A DNA stretch of 64,000 nucleotides from Octopus sinensis (GCF_006345805.1 NC_043009.1:67704001-67768000); one strand, 5' to 3'. Positions 1 through 11,940 are shown, counted from the stretch's first letter. Numbers and translations are program-made. The notes: a model not told the origin generated them from the letters alone.

Positions 1-6
1 GTCATC

Positions 7-298
7 GATGTCTTAGTTATGATCGACGTTCCAGTCAACACGGTCAGCGATCCAATTTTGATGACCGATGCAAGGGTCAAAGTAGTCAACTTCACAATCA
101 TGATGACTAACGTTCAAATTCTGATCTTGATCGCTCTAGTCGCGGTGGTCGACATTCCAGTAAAGATGATTCACGTTCAAATTATGAAGATCAGCGTTAC
201 ACTCACGATAACCGAAGTTCCATTCCTTGAATAATGGAACACCCAATCCCGATGATCGATGTTCCGGTTGTGTTTATCGTTCCAGTTTTGATGATCCC
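7..298. repeat. Degenerate 21-bp tandem repeat (about 13 units, consensus near CGTTCCAGTTNTGATGATCGA)
   Basis: Units align at 21-bp period: cgttccagtcaacacggtcag|cgatccaattttgatgaccga|...|cattccagtaaagatgattca|cgttcaaattatgaagatcag. Confidence 0.7.
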
Positions 299-1014
299 AT
301 TTTACAATCACAATATATTTAGGACCTCAGGGTCCCAATACGTCCTTTCTCTTAAGATAGCTAAGAGTGAGTTTAGGGATACTTAGCCTCTAATTTTAAG
401 AGGCCAAACGACTGTAAGGATACCTTGTGATTAGTTAGTCATCTTCGAGCAACAGTAATCCTCCATCTTTGTAGATTACTTTATATAACTGGGGAAAACC
501 TAACCGGAACACTTCTTCGAGTTATTCCAACTGATCTGATCGTTCTACAAACGATAAAAAAAAAGACAATCAGATTCCTATCAAATCACATCCTACAGTG
601 TTAGTTAAGGAAAGAAATAGGGGATAATGCAGTCTGGATACATTGGTCTTATTAGATCATAGGATTTCTTGAACGATAACAATCGAAAATGCTGAACAAT
701 GCTCTGACTGTGGCTTTGGGTATTGAAGTATATAACAACAGCCTATTGATTCCATTTGCTCCAGATAACAAGTTCACGTCACTGTTCCAAACTGACGTCG
801 TTAAAACTACATCACTTGACACTACATTTACACAAAAGTTTATCGAACTTCTCTTTTGTTTTCTTTTCCATCGTTAATCCTATCAATAACGATGGCTGTT
901 GGGGATTATTTATTCATCAGTCATACACTCAGCTGCATCGACATATTAACGAGAGTTATATATATATTTGATATATATAATATATACATGCTATGTATAT
1001 ATATATATATATAA

Positions 1015-1088
1015 TAATTATTTGTGGGAATATTATTCCTAACTTACAGGGAAACATTCAATTTAGAAATACTCAATCAAATTTCAGA

Positions 1089-1130
<42 letters not shown>

Positions 1131-1270
1131 TAGAAAAAAACACCTTTTATCAATTCAAAATGAACAATAAATTACACCATCCAGAAAATTACATATAATA
1201 GAAATATTAAAATTAAAATACCAATAATATACCGAAGATTAAGTAAATTGCAAAAAAAACCGTATATATT
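1015..1270. mobile_element. Short AT-rich repeat fragments in a (TA)n tract, related to 25831-26328
   Basis: Shares AACTTACAGGGAAA and AAATTAGA...ACC motifs with the 25831-25985 segment; flanked by TA repeats. Confidence 0.4.
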
Positions 1271-1273
1271 TGG

Positions 1274-1304
<31 letters not shown>

Positions 1305-1397
1305 TATATATATATATATTATATATATATATATATAGATATATATATATATATTATATATATATATATACATATATATATACGTATATATATACGT

Positions 1398-1442
<45 letters not shown>

Positions 1443-1447
1443 GTGTG

Positions 1448-1496
<49 letters not shown>

Positions 1497-1500
<4 letters not shown>

Positions 1501-1835
1501 GGGTAAAGACCCCCTTCGGTCATGAGTGACCATGGGTTTGCACCTAGAGAGTTACCCTCTGAGGCACAAGTCTGGGCAAGGTTGTTTTATGGAAGACCAG
1601 TAGTCGCCCATGCATACCGGCCCCCCCTCTCCACGCCACCAGTGATATCCAAGGGAAAGTCAAAGGTCGATACAGCTTGGCACCTGTGACGTCGCAACTC
1701 ATTTCTACAGCTGAGTGAACTGGAGTAACGTGAAATAAAGTGTCTTGCTCAAGAACACAACACGCAGCCCGGTCCGGGATTCGAGCTCACAACCTCACGA
1801 TCGTAAGCTCGACGCTCTAACCACTGAGCCATGCG
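1497..1835 (-). mobile_element. tRNA-derived SINE
   Basis: Minus strand starts GCATGGCTCAGTGGTTAGAGCG (A box) with GAGCTCGAATCCC (B-box-like); then GTGTTCTTGAGCAAGACACTTTATTTCACG central domain, shared with 57440-57565. Confidence 0.8.
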
Positions 1836-1851
1836 ATATTATATATATATA

Positions 1852-1937
<86 letters not shown>

Positions 1938-2067
1938 TATACATAATATATATAATATATATATATTATATATATATATGTATAAGGGTGAAAAGGAACA
2001 CACGAGTTGATATATATGAAAAAACAAGTAAAAAATAGAAAATGCTAAAATAATTTTATAGTGAACA

Positions 2068-2111
2068 TTTCAGTACCGGTTTCGGTCATTTTGAGACCTT
2101 TTCAACTGTAA
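2068..2111 (-). ncRNA. Minimal type I hammerhead ribozyme motif (U3-A8 variant), inverted pLTR copy
   Basis: Reverse complement of 4213-4256. Confidence 0.7.
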
Positions 2112-2390
2112 CGATTAAATAATTAAATTTAGAAAAATTAGAAAAGTTTTCTTAAAAGAATATTTCTATAGTAGTGTTCAGATTTAAGTGGCATTCTGCC
2201 TTTCTCTGACTCCCTTGTTTGCACTTGTGTGTTCGAGGTAGTTGTGAGTTCTTGGTAGGGTAGTAGAGGGAAGGCTGGTGAGGAAAGGGGGTGGGAGAAT
2301 CTGGGAGTGCCCTGATGGTCGTATTTTGAATGGTCAGTGGCGGCTGGCAGTCTCAGTTCAATTCAGGAGAATATTTATATTTATATTTAT

Positions 2391-3524
2391 ATCGTAAGGT
2401 TCTAGAAAGATATGGCAGCCCTTTCTCCATCTACATAGAAAACAACTGGAAGAGATATCTAGATGACTGTTTCATCCTTTGGCATAAAGATATAGAAAAA
2501 CTCATAGAATTCCAGAAAATTTTAAACGGACTGGACGTAAACATCCAATTCACGATGGAATATAGCCAACAACAACTCCCCTTCCTCGATATCCTCATTA
2601 AGAAAGCTAATAATATAATAGAAACAGACATATACTATAAGCCTACAGACTCTAAGCAATATCTTCCATTCAATTCATGCCACCCCAGACACACCAGGAT
2701 GAATATCCCCTTCAATCTAGCAAAAAGGATATGCACTATAGTCTCTAACGCAAACACCAGAGACACACGACTACAAGAACTAAAAGATACCCTAATCACC
2801 AGGAACTATCCACCTTCACTTATTGACAAGTGCATTCAACGTGCCCTTCAACTTAACATCAAGGAACTGAGACATCCCAAATCAAAGAAAAACTTACAAC
2901 CAAAAGCCTTACCATACATCTCCACACACAACCCTCTCAATAACGAAGCCTTCGACACCATCCTCCACAACATACCCCTCCTAAAAAAAGACCACAGAAT
3001 GAACACAATCCTCCAAACACACACGATCATAAAAAGCAAAAGACAGCCTAGATCCATGAAAAGTCTCCTTACACAAGCCCGAATTCACTCTTCAACACAG
3101 AAGCCGACAGTAAAAAATGTGGAAGACCCAATTGCGGGATATGCGACTATCTAATCGAGGGTTCTGGGTTCTCCTTCAAACAGGGACAACGGTTTACAGT
3201 GAAAAGCAACTTCACATGTGCTTCGGAGAACCTAATATACTCACTAACCTGCTCGGGTGTCAAGAGCAGTACATAGGCCAAACAAAAAATGGTTTGCGTA
3301 AACGAATGGCCCTGCACAGATCCCAGATAAAAATTCCCCAAAACAGAAAAATAGCTTTTAGCCAACACATAGATACTTGCGCCAACAAAAAAACACCAAA
3401 CTTCAGAATTTTCCCCCTCTACCAATTTAGGGACGATACAACCTCGAGACAAAGAATAAGTAAAGAAAATCTCTTTATTACAAAATACAAGCCACTTCTT
3501 AACGGGTCTACGACAAACAATTAA
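2391..3524 (+). pseudogene. Penelope-like RT C-terminal half plus GIY-YIG endonuclease, frameshifted
   Basis: RYLDDCF, PFLDI, YYKPTD, YLPFNSCHPRH (PLE RT/thumb); after a frameshift near 3115, CGRPNCGICDY linker and NLIYSLTC; after a second shift, GCQEQYIGQTKNGLRKRM..H (GIY-YIG); stop at 3524. Confidence 0.9.
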
Positions 3525-3654
3525 TATACCTCAACTTTAGAATAAAAGAAAAAAAAATATATACACACACAATACTACACTCCATAGAATCCATTACTAA
3601 TCAGCCCCTTCATAGCTATATTTACACCCATTCATATTCTCCCTTCTCTGTTTT

Positions 3655-3862
3655 TTCTTCTTCTTCTTCTTCATCATCATCGTTATCATCATCATCGGCG
3701 TCATCATCATCGCCACCATCATCACCACCATCTTCTCCTTCTCCTCCTTCTTCTTCTTCATCATCATCGTTATCATCATCATCGTCGTCATAATCATCAC
3801 CACCATCACCATCATCTTCTCCTTCTCCTTCTTCTTCTTCTTCTTCTTCTTCTTCTTCTTCT
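3655..3862. repeat. Compound (CTT)n/(CAT)n microsatellite in the Penelope 3' UTR
   Basis: Directly visible. Confidence 0.9.
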
Positions 3863-4212
3863 CCACCCCCTACCCCTTAAGTTTGTCACTAATGTTTTTT
3901 AGTATAACACCTACGCTAATTCTATAAACAAGCCTGTCAATATAAATATTCTCCTGAATTGAACTGAGACTGCCAGCCGCCACTGACCATTCAAAATACG
4001 ACCATCAGGGCACTCCCAGATTCTCCCACCCCTCTTTCCTCACCAGCCTTCCCTCTACTACCCTACCAAGAACTCACAACTACCTCGAACACACAAGTGC
4101 AAACAAGGGAGTCAGAGAAAGGCAGAATGCCACTTAAATCTGAACACTACTATAGAAATATTCTTTTAAGAAAACTTTTCTTCTAATTTTTCTAAATTTA
4201 ATTATTTAATCG

Positions 4213-4256
4213 TTACAGTTGAAAAGGTCTCAAAATGACCGAAACCGGTACTGAAA
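4213..4256 (+). ncRNA. Minimal type I hammerhead ribozyme motif (U3-A8 variant)
   Basis: cag TTGAAAA GGTC tcaaaat GACC GAAA CCG GTA ctg: stem I cag/ctg, stem II GGTC/GACC, palindromic stem III ACCGGT, GUA cleavage triplet. Confidence 0.72.
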
Positions 4257-4694
4257 TGTTCACTATAAAATTATTTTAGCATTTTCTATTTTTTACTTGT
4301 TTTTTCATATATATATATATATACATATATATGCATATATAAGTATATATGTATATATACATACATATATTTGCGCGCGCGTGCGTGTGTTTGTGGAAGG
4401 ATGGAATCATTTATATGCATAACTGTTATTTTAACAGCAGACTTATATTCACTTGTAATATTGGATGCATTTGTAGCTGTGGCCACACAGTCAATAGTTT
4501 GGTGCATGTTTTCACACACACACCGAAGCTGTTTTTGAAGAAAATAAAAATACAGATGAACAGATATTAAGATGTAAATTGGGATTTGGTTACGATTTCT
4601 GAGTGTGACAGTAACAAAAACAAAAACAAAACAAGCTTTTTAGAAAGAGAAAACGTCCTTTGCTTTTGGCTCAATGCGTTACGGTATGCACTTG

Positions 4695-4733
<39 letters not shown>

Positions 4734-5210
4734 GTATACAACACTGATCCTTGAGCCCCTGCAGCAGAATAAAACAAAATCTTTGAAATTGATAGAACGT
4801 AATCTATGCCATTTTATTCTAACATTTCTAACATAAGTTGTCGAAAATCATCGAAAAGATGAACAAATTTTGTTGTTTACAATGTCAGAAACAAATCGAA
4901 ACACCCAATATTAATCTACAATACAATGCACGTTGTTGTTTATAAGAAACAAGATTTTTAACTTTGGCAAAAGGACAAAACAATTGTTTGTATCAGCTCC
5001 ATACCAACGAGTGCTTATTTTATCGACAACGAAGAAAACTAAAGACAGAATTCGGTCCCTATCAATATTTGAACTCAGTACCTAAAGGGACTTGTATTTA
5101 ATGTATCATGTTGACTGCTCAATTGTTTCTGTCAACCCATTGAAAGTAACATCCCTATTTAACCGCTATGTTTTGTATTATATTGTAGGCTTTGAGGTTA
5201 TTAAAGAAAG

Positions 5211-6540
5211 AAGGGTGGCGTATTGGTAAACACGTTACAACCTTGAGCGAAATATCTCGAGATGATTCGTTTCGGTCCTTTATGTTTTGTGTTCAGGCCC
5301 CACTGAAGTTAACTTTGCCTTTCATCGCTTTTGAGTAGATAAAATCAATTACCAGTTAAGTACTGGATCGATTCAATCAACTGTTCGCCACCGCCAAAGG
5401 CTAGCATTATGTCTAAATTATAAACCATTATTAATGGCAACGAAGATGGCGAACAGGCGAGTCGGATAAGATGCTTGGTGACACTTCGCCCAGCTTTCAA
5501 CGAGCTAAGCTCAAATCTTGGAGGGATCAACTTTGCTTTTCATCCTTTTGGGGACGATGAGAAAATAAAGTAAAATACAGGGGTCGATAAAAATCGACTT
5601 TCACCTTCCACTACATTTCAGGTCTTTTTCCTATACAAGAAACCATTACTAATGGTACACAGCGGCTAGAATCGATGGAGCGCTGAGCAAAATCCGTTAC
5701 AGTATTTGCCTCGTTCAGATTTCAAATCTAATTTTGCTTTCCATCCTTCTGGAGCCAATAAGATGAAGTACCAGTTATATACTGGTGCGACTCTCCGTCC
5801 TTTCACACATTTTAAGCATTATTATTATTAGAATTCATTAAGGTGGCGAGCTGACAGAATCGTTAGAACACCGGGCGGTGGTATTTCGCCTGTCGTTACG
5901 TTCTAAGTTCAAATTCCGCTGAGTTCGACTTTTGTCTTCCATTGTTTCGGGGTCGATTAAATAAGTACCAGTTATGTAGTGAGATCGAGGCTATCGATTT
6001 AATCTCCACTCACAAGCTACCTTTGTGGCAAAAATTTGAAATCATTATTAGAAATCATTATAAAGGTGAGCTGGCAGAATAATTAACGTGCCGGATAAAA
6101 ATGCTTAGCAGCAATTCGTCCGTCTTTAAGTTCTGAGTTCAAATTCCGCCGAGGTCGACTCTGCCTTTCATCTTTTTGGGGTCGATAAAATAAGCAGCAG
6201 TTGAGTACTGGGGTAGATGTATTCGACTCGTCCCCTCCCCCGAAATTGCTGGCCTTGTGCCAAAATCCGAAACCTTTATTATTATTCCATAGTAATAAGG
6301 GGGCGAGCTGACAGAATTGTTAGCGCGTCGAGCAAAAATCTTTAGCAGCGTTTCTTCTAAGTTCAAATTCAAAGTTCAAATTCCACGTTCTGAATTCAAA
6401 TTCCAACGAGGTCGTCTTTGCCTTTCATCCTTCCGGGGCCGATAAACTTAGTACCAGTCGAGCCCTGGGGTAGATGTAATGGACAAGCTACCCCCACCAC
6501 ACCACGCCTTCCTCGAAAATTGCTTGTTTTGTAGCTAGAG
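5211..6540 (+). mobile_element. Head-to-tail array of about 6 copies of SINE family A (GGCGGCGAGCTGGCAGAA...GAGTTCAAATTCCGCCGAGGTCGACTTTGCCTTTCATCC)
   Basis: Copies start near 5211, 5436, 5655, 5840, 6063 and 6298; each has the TTCAAA B-box region, TTTGC(C/T)TTTCATC and AAGTACCAGT motifs at varying divergence. Confidence 0.85.
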
Positions 6541-7037
6541 CAGAAAGAATTCCATTTGTATAAACATATTCTTTTTCCGTCCCGAACATTTGCAGCAGAA
6601 CCGAGCACAATTCTTTGTGTTTTGTGTCCACAGAGTTTTGCTTCGTTTTGTTTGTTTCTCTTTGTTCTGGTTTCGAAAATATTCTGCGTTGTGTCTGCTG
6701 CAATGTTTGGTCTGATTATTTTCTGAATGTTGTGTCAGCAAGCGCGCCCCTGTCTGTCTGTGTGTACGCGCGTGTGTTTGTGTGTACAGTTTATCTGCTG
6801 CATTAAATGTATACGCATGTACCAGTGCGCGCATTCGTGTACGTTTTATCTGCCGTATTTATCAAGATTAATGAGTTCTGGCTGATAAGTTATCAGCAAA
6901 TTTCCATCATGTATATTTAATATTATCAGAAAACTATCCAACTGCTAACAAATCAGTATGGAATAAATCAATGGCACAGACGTTCTATTCTCCCCGACAA
7001 TCTTCCAATCAATACACTGACCAGGAGATGCTGTAGC

Positions 7038-7090
<53 letters not shown>

Positions 7091-7339
7091 ATGTTGATGT
7101 TGTTTTACCATTATTATTTCAACCTAACTTTTCCGTTTTTCGATATTATTTCGGTCATGATAATTTAAAGCCATAAATAATTAGATGCTTAAAAAAATTA
7201 ACTGTTGAGGGTAAATGATACGATAACATCATTATCGAAAAGCTAGTGACTCCTCCTTCAAATATATTTATATGTATTTAGACACAAGAATACACGCACA
7301 TCCACAGATGTATATGTGTGTGTATATATATATATATAG

Positions 7340-7343
7340 ATAT

Positions 7344-7436
<93 letters not shown>

Positions 7437-7460
7437 CAGACAGATAGATAGATAGATATA
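7340..7460. repeat. (GATA)n microsatellite
   Basis: Directly visible. Confidence 0.95.
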
Positions 7461-7847
7461 GATATATGCACACAAATACGTATACAGAGGTCTGTGAGCG
7501 TTTGTGACTCTATCTTTAAATCCCAACCAAAACAAACTAATATTTAAAACGGAATGTATTCATAAGCGTTGTCTTTTCCTCCGATAATCAGCAACACGTT
7601 CAGTCTAGACACACAGATGCGAATGGTTTTGTAGGTATATGCTTGTTTGTATGTGTGTGAGTATATGTGAGCGTATTCACACGGATATTGGTCTACTGAG
7701 TAAGACATCCGAAATGGGTACCTTGAAACCCTAAACAAATTCAGAAAGCTCCCTGCCTTCGCCTTGAACTCAGAGGACTTCGTCTTCAACTCAGATGGAT
7801 TCGCCTTTCTAGTGTTGATCAAATATTCCTTTCTACTACAAAAGTTC

Positions 7848-8038
7848 AAGGCCTGAAGTTTTGGGAGAGAGAGTGAGTCGATCAGATCGACCCCAGTGCT
7901 TCACTGGTACTTTATCGACCCCGAAAGAGTGAAAGTCAAAGTAGACTTCGGCGGAATTTGAACTCAGAACGTAGCTGCAGACGAAATACTGCGAAGCATT
8001 TCGCCCGGCGTGCTAACAATTCTGCCAGCTCGTCGCCA
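7848..8038 (-). mobile_element. SINE family A copy
   Basis: Reverse complement of GGCGACGAGCTGGCAGAATTGTTAGCACGCCGGGCGAAATGC...GAGTTCAAATTCCGCCG. Confidence 0.88.
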
Positions 8039-8107
8039 TAGGTTGATCAAATCATAAATCAATAATATACTTCATTTCTCGGGTACTCAATTCCTGATTG
8101 AATTACA

Positions 8108-8265
8108 GGGGTGCCATCGTAACATACGACATGTCATAAGGGGCCTGTTGTGACATAAGATATGTTATAGGAGTGCCGTCGTGATGTAGGACACCTCATA
8201 GGGGGTAACGTCGTGACATATGACATCTCATAGAGGTGCTGTCCTCACATAGAATATCATAAGAA
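8108..8265. repeat. About 31-bp degenerate minisatellite, about 5 units
   Basis: ggggtgccatcgtaacatacgacatgtcataa / gagtgccgtcgtgatgtaggacacctcatag / ggggtaacgtcgtgacatatgacatctcatag. Confidence 0.75.
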
Positions 8266-8531
8266 TATCATATGTCTTAAATATTTTAGATTTGGTGAAT
8301 CCCATCATTCTCTAGGTGAGAATATGGCCGATTTCGTATAAGAGGAAGGAAAATAATCGACCCCAGTCTGCATTGGTACTTTGTTTATCTACCCCAAAAG
8401 GTTGAAAAACAAACTTGAGCTGTGATGGGCTTGAAATCGGAGCGTAGAGATCGGAACGAACAATGCAGGTATCCCATCCGTCATTCCAACGACCTTGTTA
8501 AATGACTAGCTTTAATATGTTAGGTCCCATT

Positions 8532-8766
8532 AAGGCAGCAAGCTGGCAGAATCGTCACAGCGCCGGGCAAAATACTTGGCTCGCCATTTCTTCCGACTTT
8601 ACGTTCTCAGTTCAAATTCCGCCGAAATTGGCATAGCCTTGTATCCTTTTGGGGTCGGTAAAATAAGTACTAGTTGAATACTGAGGTCGATTTAATCGAC
8701 TTGCACCCCCCCCCACACACACACACATACACAAAATTGCTGGCATTGTGCCAAAATTTGAAACCA
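8532..8766 (+). mobile_element. SINE family A copy
   Basis: AAGGCAGCAAGCTGGCAGAATCG...CAGTTCAAATTCCGCCG...GTGCCAAAATTTGAAACC. Confidence 0.85.
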
Positions 8767-9039
8767 ATGTATTTATGTCCCATTCAATCAACCATTGCAT
8801 GTCATCTTGGCAAAATTCGGTCTTCTTCCACGTCCAAAGCAATCAATATCTTTATCAACAAAAGGATATTCAACAATATTTTCAACATTTATATTACTTT
8901 CTATTTCTTTCTGTTTCCTTCTCCCACTTTCCATTCATCTATCTACTTATCTATTTTTACCTCTCTCTTACATTTTATATACAGACATATATATACATAT
9001 ATATATATATATATAATATATACATATATATATATATAT

Positions 9040-9140
<101 letters not shown>

Positions 9141-9181
9141 ATATATATAATATATATATATATATGATATAATATATATAT

Positions 9182-9233
<52 letters not shown>

Positions 9234-9239
<6 letters not shown>

Positions 9240-10079
9240 TAACAATAAAGGGTGAAATTAATTAATTTGGAATAATTATTAATTACACCAAGTAGATTTC
9301 GGCATGTAAAAGCCTCATTCGAGGAAAATTTAAGTAATACTAAGCAATTAAGGGTTTAGCAACGAATTGCCTCACCACACACCGAAATTAGAAATAGCAG
9401 TCAAAGAGTTATAGCTATTCTTTCTACTAAAAGGGAGATCTCAGTAAAAATACAGCACTTGAATGGCAAACACAGACAGGTAAGAGAGAATGAAATGACG
9501 ACAATCTATCATACAATTTTAAGTCATCTACGGACGTACGTTTCGAAATCAAGTTTTAGGAAAGCATAAGAATTAGATAATTCTACCTTACCCAAACTTC
9601 TTTTCTCATCAGCGTAGGATACTACAATTATGAATAATTGTATATTAAATTTTGAGATACTAGAAGGCATCATCTCAACTCAGTGTCAGAGCGAGCCAAA
9701 GCATTACCAGTACCACGAAATTCAAAGTGTGAATGGAAGTTTGTGTCACCAGCCCCTTTCCACCCGCGTGTAGCCAAGACAAGATGCTGTGGTCATTTAC
9801 TGGGATAAAATATGGTTATCAGTAACAATAAAGGGTGAAATTAATTAATTTGGAATAATTATTAATTACACCAAGTAGATTTCGGCATGTAAAAGCCTCA
9901 TTCGAGGAAAATTTAAGTAATACTAAGCAATTAAGGGTTTAGCAACGAATTGCCTCACCACACACCGAATTTAGAAATAGCAGTCAAAGAGTTATAGCTA
10001 TTCTTTCTACTAAAAGGGAGATCTCAGTAAAAATACAGCACTTGAATGGCAAACACAGACAGGTAAGAGAGAATGAAAT
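9234..10079 (-). mobile_element. Non-coding retrozyme/Penelope-pLTR-like element: 263-bp direct repeats (offset 583 bp) around a hammerhead-containing core
   Basis: 9234-9496 matches 9817-10079 with one visible mismatch; inserted in (TA)n; no ORF. Confidence 0.8.
9528..9617 (-). ncRNA. Type I hammerhead ribozyme with canonical core and long loop II
   Basis: Minus strand: ctacg CTGATGA gaaa [53 nt] tttc GAAA C GTAC GTC cgtag; 5-bp stem I, 4-bp stem II, palindromic stem III ACGTACGT, GUC triplet. Confidence 0.8.
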
Positions 10080-10194
10080 ATATATATATATAATATATAT
10101 ATATATTCTTTGTCTTTTTTCAACGTGTCATTTGTGATGTGGCTATTTTGATCATTTATTTGTTGGTCTCCACGCGATTACTCGTAGGTAATCA

Positions 10195-10264
10195 GACCTG
10201 AAGATGAGCTAAGTTGGTTCAGTGTATGTAACAAGCATTGCTTTGCTATGAAACGGTCGTAGTC
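10195..10264 (+). ncRNA. Putative type I hammerhead motif (imperfect stem II)
   Basis: gac CTGAAGA tgagc...gctat GAAAC GGTC GTA gtc; stem I gac/gtc. Confidence 0.5.
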
Positions 10265-10370
10265 CGTGTTTTACCTGTTACATTCCTTACTTTCATGGAG
10301 TTCAGTGTGTGCGCGCGCGCGTGCATGTGTGTGCATATCTATTTATCTCTACATATAACATGTATATATA

Positions 10371-10585
10371 CGAGGGTGATGTTGAAAAGTTTCTGGCTTT
10401 AAGAATGCCGTGAAAAGCTTGGTTGGAGGCATAACCTCCCAAGTTATCCTGGAGGGCTTAGAAACTAAAGGACCATTGGAATGAGTGTGCGAATCTAGGA
10501 GGGTACTACATTGAATAAAATCATAATTAACTGATCCTGTAGTATTTTTTTTTTACCCAAAACCAGGAACTCTTGAGTACCCCTT
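10371..10585 (+). mobile_element. Mariner-derived MITE
   Basis: TA|CGAGGGTGATGTTGAAAAGTTTCTGG...CCAGGAACTCTTGAGTACCCC imperfect TIRs; retains the mariner C-terminal codons KLKDHWNECANLGGYYIE*. Confidence 0.75.
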
Positions 10586-10610
10586 TATGTGTGTGGGTCT
10601 AAAAATAAAT

Positions 10611-10872
10611 GTTGCCAGGAGAGTAAGGGGGCCCACCCGCAACTACAATGCTATAATTTTATTTATTTATTATTTTTTTTTTGTTAAAAGTATTCTTTTC
10701 AATTGTCTACAAACACAGCCAGGCTGAAATAATTAATGCATTCTTCCAGGAGTGAACAAAAAATTCTCAAACTTGAGGGGATGGGCCCCTTAGATACACG
10801 CTAACATGGTTCCCCACTTGTGGATTCTAAAGGCGCATGGACCCACTTGCCATCGGACAAGCTGGCAACCTG
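10611..10872. mobile_element. Possible hAT-type MITE
   Basis: Terminal GTTGCCAG ... CTGGCAAC(CTG) inverted motif; internal GGGGCCC / GGGCCCC. Confidence 0.4.
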
Positions 10873-11553
10873 ACCAGTTCGCCAATGTGTGTGTGTGCGT
10901 GTGTGTTTGTGTGCATGCGTGCGTGCGAGCGTGCATATGTATTCGCATGTACTAACGCGTATCAACTTTAAATGTTTTCTCTGTATTTTTCAGTTAACAC
11001 CCAAAAGAATCAAAACTAAGTACAGCAAAACACATCAAAAAGTGAAGAAAAAAATCGAAAAAGCGAAAACCCAAATATCAAAAAGAAAAACTCCCAAAGA
11101 AGCTCGCCAACCCGCAAAGAAACCCAACAAAATTGGATATCATTGGAGGACTAAAACACCCAGTCATTAACGCGGGGATTAAATGAAAAAATGCTATCAC
11201 GCAAAGCGCAAGCGGAGAGAGGAGTATACATTTAGAGGTGTCATATTGATAATCCGGTAAGTAATAGTCTGAATATTTCTCGATTGTGAATTTATGTGTG
11301 AGATGTAGAGATGTCGACATTTCAATATCGCGAGAAGAGTCGGACAATACCTTTGGAATTCTTTAAAGGGAAAAGTTAATCAATGAGCGGATAATTCAAC
11401 AAATGATCATGATAGAAGTGGATTTTGATTCTTAGCGAATGCAAAAAAACGCACAAACACAAGCCAGGTTCCTTACCAAATAGGTTTGGGTTGGTTGCCA
11501 GTTTAGCTGTCAACAGCGTTGACAATGTGACAAACAGCATGCATAAATATATA

Positions 11554-11940
11554 TGATGGCTGCCCCCTCGTTAGCGAGTATGGCCATTGCACGAAGCTTA
11601 ATTGTTATTGGTGCTGTGATCGAATGTGACATTTTAGCCCAGCTAAAGTTCTACAATGTCTTGTACAGAATTGGCAGCTAAAACCTTCACCGGTAGTAGC
11701 CGGCTATAGTTGTAACTGGGCTTCATGTACCTTTGCATGTTGTTTAAATCCTCCTGTCGAATTACACTCTCTTCCACATGGCAGACAGATATGATTAGTA
11801 TGGTGTGTCACACCACCACCAGAGGCCAGGTTGTCACTCATCTGTCTCGCTTTATGACTACGAAGATGACTCTTAAGTCCAGCTTTACTGAGGCATGGTC
11901 TTGCACAGACACTGCATGTCAGCATCATAGGAAGACCCTA
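11554..11940 (-). mobile_element. RTE/RTE-X-like LINE 3' fragment with C2H2 zinc fingers
   Basis: ORF 11704-11928: CSVCARPCLSKAGLKSHLRSH and CLPCGRECNSTGGFKQHAKVH; 3' end ATGGCCATACTCGCTAACGAGGGGGCAGCCATCAT. Confidence 0.65.

Larger units (their letters stand above)
1985..4313 (+). mobile_element. Penelope-like retroelement (Neptune-type), 5'-truncated, with inverted pseudo-LTR
   Basis: RT and GIY-YIG fragments between near-identical inverted repeats 2010-2381 and 3939-4313; flanked by (TA)n. Confidence 0.92.

Noticed and set aside
2330-2390. N-terminus MVSGGWQSQF... of the 274-aa ORF as a real start
   Set aside because: It derives from the inverted pseudo-LTR fused to a 5'-truncated RT.
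11704-11928. Host C2H2 zinc-finger gene (octopus has a large C2H2 expansion)
   Set aside because: No TGEKP linkers, only two fingers, abrupt 5' truncation at a microsatellite and an RTE-type 3' tail; better explained as a LINE C-terminus.
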